Source of the DNA: Pristiophorus japonicus
Taxonomy: Eukaryota
Assembly: GCF_044704955.1 (NCBI RefSeq)
Contig: NC_091979.1
Location: forward strand, 151,218,001-151,282,000
Length of the DNA stretch: 64,000 bases
Direction: 5' to 3'
This document shows, piece after piece, positions 11,535 to 24,330 of this stretch. How positions within the stretch are numbered: position 1 is the stretch's first letter; every line of letters begins with the position of its first letter. The notes under the pieces were generated by a model that saw only the letters and a list, made by a program, of their open reading frames with translations, did not search any database and was not told the DNA's origin. A program made the position numbers and the translations under genes.

Positions 11535-14500
11535 TGATATATCCTTACTATACAATATAAATGCACACGAGGCCCATACTTGAGAGAAGGTCACTCTGTG
11601 ACCAGTTACCTTTATTACCAAGACCTCAAGTGATGGAGGTGTGTGGAGCTTCCCCTTTTATACCTGAAAGTCCAGGTAAGGAGTGTTTCCCACAAGTTCA
11701 CCCCCTTGTGGTCAATGTTCTCAAGGTGTACAACTTAGGTCAGCTTATACATGGGTTACAATGATAGTTGACATCACCTCCCGCCCCAAAGTCTTATTGG
11801 GATCACAGGTTAAGTCTCTCTGGTGGTTTACGCCTGAGTTGGGGCTCCGGTTGTTGGGCGCTGGCTGAGTGTCTGCTGTTTGCGGTGCCTCAGGCCTGTC
11901 CGGACTGCTCACAGTGACTGGGCTCTCCTCCACTTGGTTCTGGTGTTAGGTCACCTGTGGTAGAGTAAACTCTATGTCGTGTTCTTCCTCTGCTTCTTCT
12001 ATGGGATTGCTGAACCTCCTTTTAGTTTGATCCACGTGTTTGCGGCAGATTTGTCCATTGGTAAGTTTAACGAATAAAACCCTATTCCCCTCTTTGGCAA
12101 TCACAGTGCCTGCAAGCCATTTGGGCCCGGCAGCGTAATTAAGGACAAAAACAGAATCATTGACATCAATGCATCGTGCCCTCGCATTCCTGTCATGGTA
12201 GTCACATTGTGACTGATGCCTGCTCTCAACAATTTCTTTCATAGTAAGGTGTATAAGGGATAACCTGGTTTTGAGCGTCCTTTTCATTAGCAGCTCTGCG
12301 GGTGGAACCCCATTGAGCATGTGTGGTTGGGATCTATTGGCCAACAGGAAGCATGCTAAGCGGCTTTGTAGGGAACCCCCTTGGATTCTGAGCATCCCCC
12401 GTTTGATTATCTGCACTGTTCATTCCACCTGGCCGTTTGAGGCCGGCTTGAACAGTACTGTTCTGTCATGGTTGATTCCATTGCCTGCCATGAAGTCCTG
12501 GAATTCAGTGCTTGTGAAGCACAGGCCATTGTCGCTGACCAAGACATCCGGTAGACTATGGGCGGCGAACATTGCCTGTAGACTTTCTACCGTGGCAGAG
12601 GATGTGCTTGAATTTAAAATGGCACACTCAATCCATTTGGAGTAGACGTCTACTACAACCAAAAACATTTTTCCCATGAAAGGACCTGCTTAGTCCACAT
12701 GGATGCATGACCATGGCTTGGCGGGCCAGGACCAGGGGCTAAGGGGGGCTTCCCTGGGTGCGTTGCCCAGCTGAGCACACGTGTTGCACCTGCGAACACA
12801 AAGTTCCAGATCTGCATCTATCCCTGGCCACCAAACGTGTGACCTGGCAATTGCCTTCATCATGACAATGCCCGGGTGCTCATTGTGAAGTTCTCTGATA
12901 AACACCTCTCTGCCCACCTGGGGCATGACTACACAGTTTCCCCACAGTAGGCAATCGGCCTGAATCGAGAGTTCATCCTTGCGCCTATGAAACGGTTTAA
13001 ATTCCTCAGGGCATGCCCCGTACGTGGCTACCCAGTCCCCATTCAGGACACATTTTTTAACTGAAGACAGTAGCGAGTCTTTATTTGTCCAGACTTTAAT
13101 CTGACGGGCTGTCACAGGTGAGCCTTCGGTTTCGAAAGCTTCAACAGCCATGACCATCTCAGCATCATGCTCAGTTGCCCCCTCAGTGGTGGCTAGTGGG
13201 AGCCTGCTGAGTGCATCGGCGCAGTTTTCAGTGCCCGGTCTGTGCCGAATTGTGTAGTTATAGGCGGCTAACGTGAGTGTCCACCTCTGTATGCGGGCCG
13301 ATGCATTTGCATTTATGGCCTTGTTGTCGACCAAAAGGGACATTAGGGGTTTGTGATCTGTCTCCAGCTCAAATTTCCTGCCAAACAGGTACGAGTGCAT
13401 TTTTTCTACTGCATATACACATGCTAACGCTTCCCTTTTCTACCATCCCGTAACCCCTTTCTGCCTGGGACAGACTTCTGGAGGCATAAGCTACCAGCTG
13501 TAACTGACCATTGGCATTCACATGCTGCAACACACATCCGACCCCATAGGACGACGCATCGCACATTAAAACAAGTTTCTTACACGGGTCATATAACGTT
13601 AGAAGTTTGTTAGAGCACGCAATTTGTTATGCTCCATCAAAAGCCCTTTCCTGGTTGTTCCCCCAGACCAAATCACGACCTTTGCATAGGAGTACGTGTA
13701 GCGGCTCTAACAGAGTGCTCAATTTGGGAAGAAAGTTATCAAAATAGTTCAGGAGCCCCAGGAATGAACGCAGCTCCGTCGTGTTACGGGGCCTGGGTAT
13801 TCTCTGGATCGCTTCCGTTTTGGACGCAGTCGGTCTGATCCCGTCTGCTAATACCCTCCTCCCCAGGAATTCTACCTCTGGAGCTAAGAAGACGCACTTC
13901 GCCTTTTTCAGTCGCAGCCCTACCCGGTCCAGTTTGCGTAGCACCTCCTCCAGGTTGTGGAGGTGTTCTTCAGTATCACGACCTGAAAAACCACCGTCCT
14001 TGGAATCGACTTGAGGAGGCTTTCCATATTTCGCTGAAAGATCGCGGCGGCCGAACGAGTCCCGAACGGACATCTGTTATACTCAAACAACCCCTTGTGT
14101 GTCATGATGGTGGTCAGCTTCTTCGACTCACTCGCCAGCTCCTGGGTCATGTAAGCTGAGGTCAGGTCCAATTTTGAAAAAAGTTTGCCACCGGATAGCG
14201 TCGCAAGGAGGTCCTCCGCTCTCGGTAGCGGGTACTGGTCTTGGAGTGACACCCGATTGATGGTGGCCTTGTAATCGCCATATATCCTGACCGACCCATC
14301 CGCCTTGAGCACCGCCACGATCGGGTTCGCCCAGTCAATGAATTCGACTGGCGAGATGATGCCTTCCCTCAGCAGGCGGTCCAATCGCATTCTATCTTTT
14401 CCCGCATCACGTACGGCACCGCTCTGGCCTTGTGGTGCACTGGCGTCCGGGTTTATGGGTTTTGGCTCCCATGAAAGTGCCGATGCCAGGTTGAAATAAT

Positions 14501-16228
14501 GAGTCAAATTTGTCCAGGACCTGTCTCTATAGAAAAAATTGCATTGACATCACCCCATTTCCAGTTCATGACAGCAAGCCAACTCCTCCACAGAAGTGCA
14601 GGACCTTCCCCTTGGACAATCCAGAGTGGCAACTTGTTCTCCGAATCTTTATGGGTCATGACTACCGTGGCGTTGTCTAGTAGAATGATCTCCTTTGTAT
14701 ATGTCCGTAGCTGTGCGACACACGGCAATAAATTTGGCCTCCTGACCTTGGACGTCCACAACTTGTCGAACTGTTTGATACTCATCAGGGACTGGCTGGC
14801 CCCCGTGTCTAGCTCCATTAATACGGGATGCCATTGAGGAGCACTTCCATCATTATCGGTGGCGTCCTGGTATATGAATTGTATATGTGCTCCACATGAA
14901 CTTGCTGAACTTCAGCTTCCAGCGATTTCCCCCAGTATTCATTCGGCCTCGTAGGGCTTACATCGGGCCCGTCCTCATTGTACATCAACCTGGCTGCAGG
15001 CTTCCTGCACATACGCGCCAAGTGACCGCTGACATTGCAATTTCTGCAGGTATATTGCTGATACCTGCAAGCTCTGGCTGGATGTTTGCCTCCACATCTC
15101 CAGCATAAGCTGGAGGCCCCGTTGTTGGAAACAAAAGGTCCATTACCAGTCGATCGTCTCTGACTGTCTCTGGCTCTGTAACTGTCCTTAAGCGCACCAT
15201 TAACAGGTGTTGATGGCCCCATTACTGGCCGCATTGTCCAATGCGATGGCATGAATCGCCGTTCAGCTAGTAATTGTCTCTGTTGAATTCCCCCTTTGCG
15301 TTCGACTACATGCTGGAGCATATCCGATTGCCCCTGTCTGCCTAGAGAACTGTGTGCCACGTTAACAATGTTGACTCCCTGGTTGTTTGCCGCATTTGAG
15401 CCAAGATTTTTGTCATACATCATTCTGGTCTCTTCCTCCCCTGAGATAAATGTCTGGGCTATCAGAGCCGCCGCTTCCAAGGTCAAGTCTTTGGTCTCAA
15501 TCAGTTTCCTGAAAACCCCAGCGTGCCCGATGCCCTCATTAAAAAAGTCTCGCAGCATCTCCGCTCTGCATGCATCTGGGAACTTACATAGGCTCGCCAG
15601 TCGTCGGAGATCTGCCACGAAGTCTGGAACTCTTTGCCCTTCTCGCCGCCGGTGCGTGTAAAACCGGTGTCTCGCCATGTGCGTGCTGCTCGCCTGTTTA
15701 AGGTGTTCCCTAATCAACTTACTGAGCTCTTCAAACGTCTTGTCCGCCAACTTCTCTGGCGCTAGAAGGTCCTTCATCAGGGAGTACGTTCTGGATCCAC
15801 AAACCGTCAGGAGATGAGCCCTGCGTTTGTCGGCCGAACCCTTTCCCAACCATTCTTTAGTGACAAAACTATGCTGTAGTCTCTCAATAAAGTCGTCCCA
15901 ATCATCACCAACACAGTACCTCTCTTCTGTGCTGCTAGTAGCCATGCTCGCGTGGTTTAAATCCCAGTTTCTCGTCGCCAATAATATGTCCTTACTATAC
16001 TGTATAAATGCACACGAGGCCCATACTTGAGAGAAGGTCACTCTGTGACCAGTTACCTTTATTACCAAGACCTCAAGTGATGAAGGTGGGTGGAGCTTCC
16101 CCTTTTATACCTGAAAGTCCAGGTTAGGAGTGTCTCCCACAAGTTCACCCCTTTGTGGTCAATGTTCTCAAGGCGTACAACTTAGGTCAGCTTATACATG
16201 GGTTACAATGATAGTTTAATACATGACA
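11535..16228 (-). mobile_element. Ty3/Gypsy LTR retrotransposon C, nested antisense in the integrase of B
   Basis: LTRs 15982-16228 and 11535-11773, PBS TGGCGACGAG, TSD GTCGA/GTAGA; frameshifted pol. Confidence 0.95.
14818..15944 (-). CDS. Gag of element C, open, with two CCHC-type zinc knuckles
   Basis: MATSSTEERYCVGDDWDDFIERL...CWRCGGKHPARAC...CRNCNVSGHLARMC; a frameshift follows at the start of the protease. Confidence 0.75.
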
Positions 16229-17389
16229 GTAGATGTGTATTCCAAGTAGATTGAATGTGAGATAATGTCGGCAAGCACGTCTTCTGCCACCACTGAAAGC
16301 CTGCGGGCCATGTTTGCCATGCACGGCCTGTCTGATGTCCTTGTGTGCGTCAACGGGCTGTGTTTCACCAGTGCCGAGTTCATAGAGTTCGTTACCCACA
16401 AGGGATCAAACATTTTACATCTGCCTCGTTCAAACCAGCATCCAACGGTCAGGCAGAGAGAGCAGTGCAAACAATAAAGCAATGCTTGAAGAGGGTAACT
16501 GAAGGCTCACTGCAGACTTGCCTATCCCGAGTCCTGTTTAGTTACTGCATGAGACCCCACTCGCTCACTGGAATTCCACCCGCTGAACTGCTCATGAAAA
16601 GAGCACTAGAGACCTGGCTCTCGTTAGTCCACCCTGATCTACACGAACAAGTAGAGATCAGGCGGCTTCAACAAAGTACATATCATGATAGCGCAAATGT
16701 GTCATGCAAAATTGAAATTAATGATCCTGTATTTGTGTTGAACTATGGACAAGGTCCCAAGTGGCTTCTCGGCACTGTTGTGGCCAAAGAGGGGAGTAGG
16801 GTGTTTCGGGTCAAACTTTCAAAAGGATTCATTCACCGGAAACACTTGAACCAAACCAAACTCAGATTCACGGACTATCCAGAGCAACCCACATTGGACC
16901 CTACCTTCTTTTTGACCTCCCCAACACGCACACCAGTGGCAACCGACACAGCGGTTGACCACGAAGCAGAACCCATCACCTGCAGCAGCCCAGCAGGATT
17001 CACCACACCAGGCAACCCAGCAAGGTCAGCTACAGAGCAGCCCAGCGAGGGCCCAACAAACGACTCACCAAAACCAGCATTTGTACCGAGACGATCAACC
17101 AGGGAAAGAAAGGCCCCAGATCGACTCACCTTGTAAATAGTTACACTACAGACTTTGGGGAGGGGTGGAGTGTTGTTATATATGTAAACCTGTAAATATC
17201 TTATGTAACCACCAGAGGGCTCATCACCTGGAGTCCCAAGGGATCCCACAATCCCACAATTAGGAGCACCTGTACTTAAGGAGGCCTCACAGGCTGGAGA
17301 GGCACTCTGGAGACCTGTAATAAAAGACTAAGGTCACACTTCACTTTGAGCTCACAGTATCTGGTCAGACTCTTTATTCATACATAACA

Positions 17390-17590
17390 GTATCGGTGTT
17401 CCTTCCTTATCGCTGGGTCAAAGTCCTGGATCTCCATCCCTAACAGCACTGTGGGAGTATCTTTACCACAAGGACTGCAGCAGTTCAAGAATGCGGCTCA
17501 CCACCACCTTCTCAAGAGCAATTAGGGATGGGCAATAAATGCTGGCCTTGCTAGCGATGCCTGCATCTCAGGACCGAATAAATTAAAAAA
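17390..17590 (+). mobile_element. CR1-group LINE 3' end, right part of 7937-8119
   Basis: GSKSWISIPNSTVG...AAHHHLL motif and short 3' tail directly after the TSD of B. Confidence 0.65.
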
Positions 17591-18481
17591 TAGAATGATA
17601 CAGCACAGAAGGAGGCCATTCAGCCCATTGTACCTGTGCTGGCTCCTTGAAAGAACAATCCCCAGTGCCCTACCCTATCCCATAGATCTGGATTTTTTTC
17701 ATTTTCAAGTATATATTCAATTCCCTTTTGAAAGTTACTATTGAATCTGCTTCCAGCACCCTTACAGGTAATGCATTCGCTGCGTAAAAAAAATTCTTCT
17801 CCTCTTCCCTCTGGTTCTTTTGCTAATCATCTTAAATGTGTGTCCTTTCGTTACTGACCTTCCTGCCAGTGGAAACAGTTTCTCCTTATATACTCGATCA
17901 AAACATTCATAATTTGGAACACCTCTATTAAATCTCTCCTTAACATTCTCTGCTCTAAGGAGAACAAAACCAGTTTCTTTAGTCTCTCCACATAACAGAA
18001 GTCCCTCACATTTGATATAATTCTGGTAAACCTCCTCTGTACCTTCTCTATTCTTCCTAAACTGTGGTGCCCAGAAATGGACACAACATTTCAGTCGAGT
18101 CCAAACCAGTGTTTTATAAAAGTTTAGCATTACTTGCTTGCTTCTGCACTCTACACCTCTATTTATACAGTTAAGGATCCTGTACACTTTTTAATATCTT
18201 AATCAACTTGTCCTGCCACCTTCAAAGGTGAACTCCCAGATCTCTCTGGTCCTGCACCCCCATTAATATTACACTATTTAGTTTATATTGCCTTTCCTTG
18301 TTCTTCCTCCCAAAATGCATCACTTTAGATTTCTCTGCATTAAATTTTATTTGACATATATCTGCCCATTTCACTAATCTATGACCTGAAGTTTATTATT
18401 ATCCTACTCACTAATTACTACATTTCCAAGTTTTGTGTCATCTGCAAACTTTGAAATTATGCCACCTATACGCAAGTCCAC
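17591..18481 (-). mobile_element. Old CR1 LINE 3' region (split by element E; resumes at ~25593-25670)
   Basis: YKTLVWTRLKCCVHFWAPQF, IEKVQRRFTR and KFADDTKL motifs; RT sequence continues past the right TSD of E. Confidence 0.85.
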
Positions 18482-19030
18482 TGTAATATATTTGGGTAGA
18501 ACAAATGAGGGACAGAGACACGATGAGTTGCTAGTCCATAGTTTATTAGGCCAGAGCGAACTAAGCATGCTCATATAAAACCAAGTGATAATACATTACA
18601 CTGCATTCCCCCTTTACAAAGGTGTATGTATTCTTTTCTCAAACATAACAAAACTATACTCTTGTTTGTCTCAGTATTACATGTACCACATAACAAAGAC
18701 TCCTGGCTTTTTTCTTTTAAATGAACTACAAATCCAGTTTAACAATAGGTTTGTGGAGCCTTCCTGATCTCTTTACAGAATGTTTTGATGTTGAACCAAT
18801 TTTTGGGCTGTTTTGTTTTGGTCAAAGATGATCCAGTTTCCATCTCAAACTTGTTTGAACCTGGTACTTCAGTTACTGAAGTCTGAACTAAGTCAAACTC
18901 ATATATGAGTTCATAATCAAGTGTTTCATCTCTAGCAGAGATCACTTGATCTACATGAACACTTCAGATTTTGTCACCAATTTCAACCAAATGTCTCTTG
19001 GTTTCACCAATCTCTACAATGGTTCCTACA

Positions 19031-19731
19031 TCAGTCATTGAAGGTTGGCATGCAGGTACAGCAGGCGGTTAAGAAAGCAAATGGCATGTTGGCCTTCATA
19101 GCGAGGGGATTTGAGTACAGGGGCAGGGAGGTGTTGCTACAGTTGTACAGGGCCTTGGTGAGGCCACACCTGGAGTATTGTGTACAGTTTTGGTCTCCTA
19201 ACTTGAGGAAGGACATTCTTGCTATTGAGGGAGTGCAGCGAAGATTCACCAGACTGATTCCCGGGATGGTGGGACTGACCTATCAAGAAAGACTGGATCA
19301 ACTGGGCTTGTATTCACTGGAGTTCAGAAGAATGAGAGGGGACCTCATAGAAACGTTTAAAATTCTGACAGGTTTAGACAGGTTAGATGCAGGAAGAATG
19401 TTCCCAATGTTGGGGAAGTCCAGAACTAGGGGTCACAGTCTAAGGATAAGGGGTAAGCCATTTAGGACCGAGATGAGGAGAAACTTCTTCACCCAGAGAG
19501 TGGTGAACCTGTGGAATTCTCTACCACAGAAAGTAGTTGAGGCCAATTCACTAAATATATTCAAAAGGGAGTTAGATGAAGTCCTTACTACTCGGGGGAT
19601 CAAGGGGTATGGTGAGAAAGCAGGAAGGGGGTACTGAAGTTGAATGTTCAGCCATGAACTCATTGAATGGCGGTGCAGGCTAGAAGGGCTGAATGGCCTG
19701 CTCCTGCACCTATTTTCTATGTTTCTATGTT
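19031..19731 (+). mobile_element. Young 5'-truncated CR1 LINE inside element E
   Basis: Open 199-aa ORF2 C-terminus (LYRALVRPHLEYCVQFWSP), tail TTCTATGTTTCTATGT; nearly identical to 50117-50820. Confidence 0.95.
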
Positions 19732-21342
19732 ATATCCCACTTGTGTGAACTTGACTTGCCAAATGGAGTGAGAACATGAACGCACTCGTTTTGTTTGAAA
19801 CTGCGATTTTTTGATTGGTGTCATAATGACATTTCTGACTCAACTGTTTCTGTTCAACTCTTGAGACCAAATTCAGTTGAACAAGACTCAATCGTGTTCT
19901 CAATCTCCTCTTCATCAAGAGTTCTGCTGGGTATGTCCAGTTGTAGTGTGCATAGTAATTCTGTAGTTCAGCAAGAAATTTGTCAAATGTTGCTTCATGC
20001 TGAGTCCTGAACAACCCTGCATCACTTGTTTTTTGAGAGCTTCTTTCGCTATTCTAACTAACCTTTTGGCTGCTCTGTTTGAAGCTGGATGATATGGTGG
20101 AATAAGAGTGTGTTTGATACTGTTCCGTTTCATGAATTCTTGGAACAGATCGGAACATAACTGAGGGCCATTGTCAGAAACAGGTAAACCCATGACATGC
20201 AAAGATAGACCTCAATTCATCGATGGTACGTTCAGTTGTAATATTTGAACGCATGTGTTTCACTTCAATCCATTGGAGTAACTATCTATAAGTCCCAGGA
20301 AATAATCATTTACTTTCTCACAGAAGTCACCATGTACTCTCTGAAAAGGTTTACTTGACCATAACCAGGGTTGTAGTGGAACTTTGGGTGGTTTGTTTCT
20401 GCAATTTTGGCAAATGCTGCATTAACTGTCAAGTGATTCAAGATCACTGTCAAATCCAGGCCAGTGAATGTTCAGTATGAAGTTCGGCCAGAATTCTATC
20501 TCTCAAAGAAATAGGTATCACCACTCTGTTTTCCCACTTGCTCACAAGACAATTCAGTACAACGGTTGTGGAATGGTTTTAATTCTGTGTCCATACACCA
20601 ATCAGTCCATCCATTCAAAGTGTTTTCATACACTCTTTTCAGTAGAGTCCTTTTGAGGCTCATTTGCAATCTCAGCTGCAGTCACATGAAAGTGTTTGTC
20701 AACTGCACCCAGCGTGAAGATCGCACATTCACTCATAACATATGAATTCTCATGTGGCAATTTGGACAAGGCATCTGAAATTGTGTTTTGCTTTGAAGTG
20801 CGATATTCAATCGTATAGTCATATTGTGACAACAACACTCCCCAATGTTACATTATCGATGTGGCCATTTCAAGGATAGCAGATTTGGACCCAAATATTG
20901 CTGGGAGTGGTTTGTGATTGGTTATCAGGGTAAACCTTCTGCCAATTAGAAACTGTTGGAATTTTTTGATTCCAAACACTATGGCAATTGGTTCCATTTC
21001 AATTTACACGTAGCTTCTTTCCCTCTTTGTGAGGGTTTGCGAAGCATATGCGATTGGTTTCTCTTGGCTGTCATCCATTACATGGCTTATGACAGCTCCC
21101 AACCTATAGCTGGAAGCATCATATGCCAACTTAAGCTCATGCTCTGTCGCAATACACAAGTAGAGCATCGCTAGAGAGACTTCTCCTACAAACATAGTAA
21201 GCTTCCTGTTGTGCTTTCGTCCACTTCCACTGGACATCCTTCTTGAGGAGCTCATGCAATGCAACTAACATGGTTGCTAACTCAGGTAAGAAATGCACAT
21301 AGTGCTGGACCATTCCAAGGAAAGATTTAACTCAGACACATT

Positions 21343-22724
21343 GGCCGGAATCTTGCCAGCACTCAGAGGGCAGATTTGAAGGTGGGTCCGCTGTCAAAAT
21401 CTAAAATATTGATGGTCGGGCAGTATCCTGCTCTGAACCCGTCTCCTTGTTAATTTCCCAAGTGCCGGCTCTGCCTGCATTTGCAGACCCAGCATTAAGT
21501 GGCAGGTCAGGCAATTGAAATACTTAAGAAGCTTTTTAAGCAGCATTTTACCTGGTCCTAACGATTTTTCAAACTGTTTCATAAGGTTTACGTCCCTCGG
21601 GATCACATCAGGCAAGTGTGTTGGGTTATCAATGACTCTCCATTGCTGTGAATAGTTGGCAGCTGAAAAGTGGCATAAAAGCTACCATTTCACAGCTGTT
21701 CAATTTCCAATCTTAGAAGCTGGAGCCTTTAGGATTTGGAATACACTGGAGGTTTGGAGTGTTTGGAGTGAACTCTCTATCCACTGTCACCTCCTTGAAA
21801 AAAATCTCACCTTGGTCCTCAGAATCCTACCACGGCCAGCCCCAACACCAGCAGCACCAGGCACACCAGCTTCACCAACAACAACACCAACCTTCTCCGC
21901 AATCACCTGATGCTACACAGGACACAGGGCATCAGACCCAATCACATTGCTGCCCGGGAAGCCAGGGATGGCTTCACCATGGCCAGATTGACTTCACTTG
22001 ATGCTGTATACTGTGGTTGCCACATGGCGCTTCCCCACACCAACACCATAAAGCATCCCTACAATGCCCAAGCCATTCCTTCCACACTCATCACCATTGG
22101 AGGGGGGGAGGGGGAGGGGGGAGGGGGGCAGGTACCTTTGTGTCTCACCGTTCACTGCAACTCACTAAGCCACTTCCAAAGGTGCACACAGATCTGTCCA
22201 AGAAGGCAAAGTGTTGAAAATAAAGATTTCAATGTTTGACAACACACTAACAGAAACGTTACATTAACATTGGCAGTAATACCCGAGTGCCTGCCCTTGT
22301 GTGTTGTTAGTTGGTATGACTGGACAAGGATGAGGGTGAGTGTGAGGGGTACCTAGTGAGATGGGGAAGTGGTAATGTAGATAGAGAGGGATGGAGGGAG
22401 TCATGGGAGAGCCTGGGTGCAGCAGTGCAACTCTGTGCAGTGTCTGTCAGTTTTTGCAGCACTACAATGCTGCAGACCACTGTCAGAACAACTGTCAAAA
22501 TGAATGTGGCCATGGTCCCTTTAAGAAAACCGGCTGATGACGCATCATCAAATGACGTCATCAGACCGGCTTCCTTTTAATTGACCGGGAACCTCACAGG
22601 GCAGGCTTAACAAGCCCCATCATCGTAAAATCATGTCGGAGGCTGGGTTCAAGACAGCTGTAGGGTCGGAACTCACCAAGGATGTTGCCCACCTGGACTC
22701 ACTGAGATTGGTAAAATCCTGCCC
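21343..22724. mobile_element. Non-autonomous Harbinger-like DNA transposon inside the RT of element E
   Basis: Interrupts NAPKP..NVSELNLSL of E. Imperfect TIRs GGCCGGAATCTTGCC and GGTAAAATCCTGCCC, flanks ATT/AGT, internal imperfect palindrome at 22525-22574. Confidence 0.65.
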
Positions 22725-23782
22725 AGTAGTGTGGCTTTGGAGCATTGATGAGAACATCAACCTTTTCCTTCACTGGTTGCAAGTCATTTGAGACCAAGGT
22801 ACACAACCTCGGGCTGCACAAAAGCATATTTTCTCCTTTTCAATTTGGCGTTGTGGGCATTCAAACTTTGAAGCACTATATCTAGTACTTATAAATTTTC
22901 TTTCTCATGGCTGTTGCGACCAGCTCATCGTCTTGATTGTATAAGTAAGTTGGAACTCCTTGCAAAATCTTACCCATCGTAGCCTGGAAGATTTTGGGGA
23001 GCACTATGCACCATATGGCAGCTTGGTGTATGAGTACAGTCCCTTGTGTGTGTTGACAGTGAGATACTGTTGACTCTCTTTGCCAACATTCAGCTGAGCG
23101 TAAATGTGCGACAGGTCAAGCATAGAAAAGCACTTTGACCCAGAGAGTGCTGCCTACAAATCTTTGCTGTAGGTAACAGGTACTGCTCATCGTCAACTGC
23201 TTGGTTGATAGTAACTTTGTACTCATTGCACAAACGTACAGTTTTGTCTGCTTTGGGCACTACCACAATCAGGATAGCCCATTCACTTTTGTCAGTTTTT
23301 ACTAGCATTCCGTTCTCTCTGAGCTTCGCTAGCTCTTCCTCCACCTGACTCTTCAACACATAGGGGATCAGCCTTGCCTTTACAATAGACAGGCTTCATG
23401 TTGGACTTGATGTGGATATGGGCATCATACCCAGAGATGCCCTTATAACTGTGTGTGAACATGCTTTCGTACTTGTTCAGCATTGTCCCGAGTCGCTTCT
23501 TTGAAGTATCTACACTGAAGACATTTTTCCAGTGTAGTTTTAACTTTCTCAACCAGTCTTTGCCCATGAGAGTTGACCAGTTGTTGTAGCTCACGACAAT
23601 AATAGGCAGCTTTACTGACTGGTCATTATTTTGAACTGTACATTCAATTTGTCCATATGCCTCTAGGATTTCTCCGGAGTAAGTTTTTAATTCTTTGTAA
23701 GTGATAGTTGATTAAACTTACTCTCATATGTGTCCTTGCTCTTGATAGAGCAGTCCGCCGCTGTGTCAATACACATATCAGT

Positions 23783-24330
23783 ATCATCACAGACAGTCGC
23801 TCGAAACGAGGATAATTTATTTCCACGCCAAAAAAAGGATGAGTTCACAGGTGTTTCGAAAGAAAAACCCGAACTACATCCTCAAGAGTGGAAGATGCCT
23901 GTGCGTGGATTTTTTTTAATGTGTGGTGGCCATTGCACACCAACCATCACACGGGCTTGACAGAGCTAGGTCTTGGTCCAGCGGCAAGGATTACCAAAGA
24001 CAACTGGAGACCTGATCTGCTGCACGGACCTAGTGCGCACACATATCGCAGTGTGGGCTGGCCCGTGCTGCCCCTGGGCCCCTGGCCCCGAACTCATGCC
24101 TCCCCTGAGCCCCAATCACATCCCTCCACAGTCTCTCACAGCTCCTTCACCCCGATCTCGCTGCTCCTGTTGTATCTGCCCACGCTCCAATCACCGACCT
24201 GGACCTTGCTGATGTCACTCTTCGCTGCCGTTGCCCTCTTGCACCAACTCGTGCTGCTCCCTGAGGTGGTATGCCGCCATGCTGTCCAGGGGCCGCCGCT
24301 CGCCGCTCCTTTTATGACCCTGACCTGCCG
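23783..24330 (-). mobile_element. RTE-tailed non-autonomous retroposon (SINE-like) inside the protease of element E
   Basis: 3' end GGCGTGGAAATAAATTATCCTCGTTTCGAGCGACTGTCTGTGATGAT resembles the RTE 3' end at 41403-41459; GC-rich body with no RT motifs; splits LLIDQR|DMCIDTAAD of E. Confidence 0.75.

Larger units (their letters stand above)
8120..17389 (+). mobile_element. Ty3/Gypsy LTR retrotransposon B, full length but decayed, split by nested element C
   Basis: LTRs 8120-8333 and 17174-17389 (TGTTAT...ATAACA), PBS TGGTGACGAG, polypurine tract ~17156-17170, TSD ATATC/GTATC. gag-PR-RT-RH-IN remnants; integrase split at MFLVVVD|VYSK. Confidence 0.95.
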
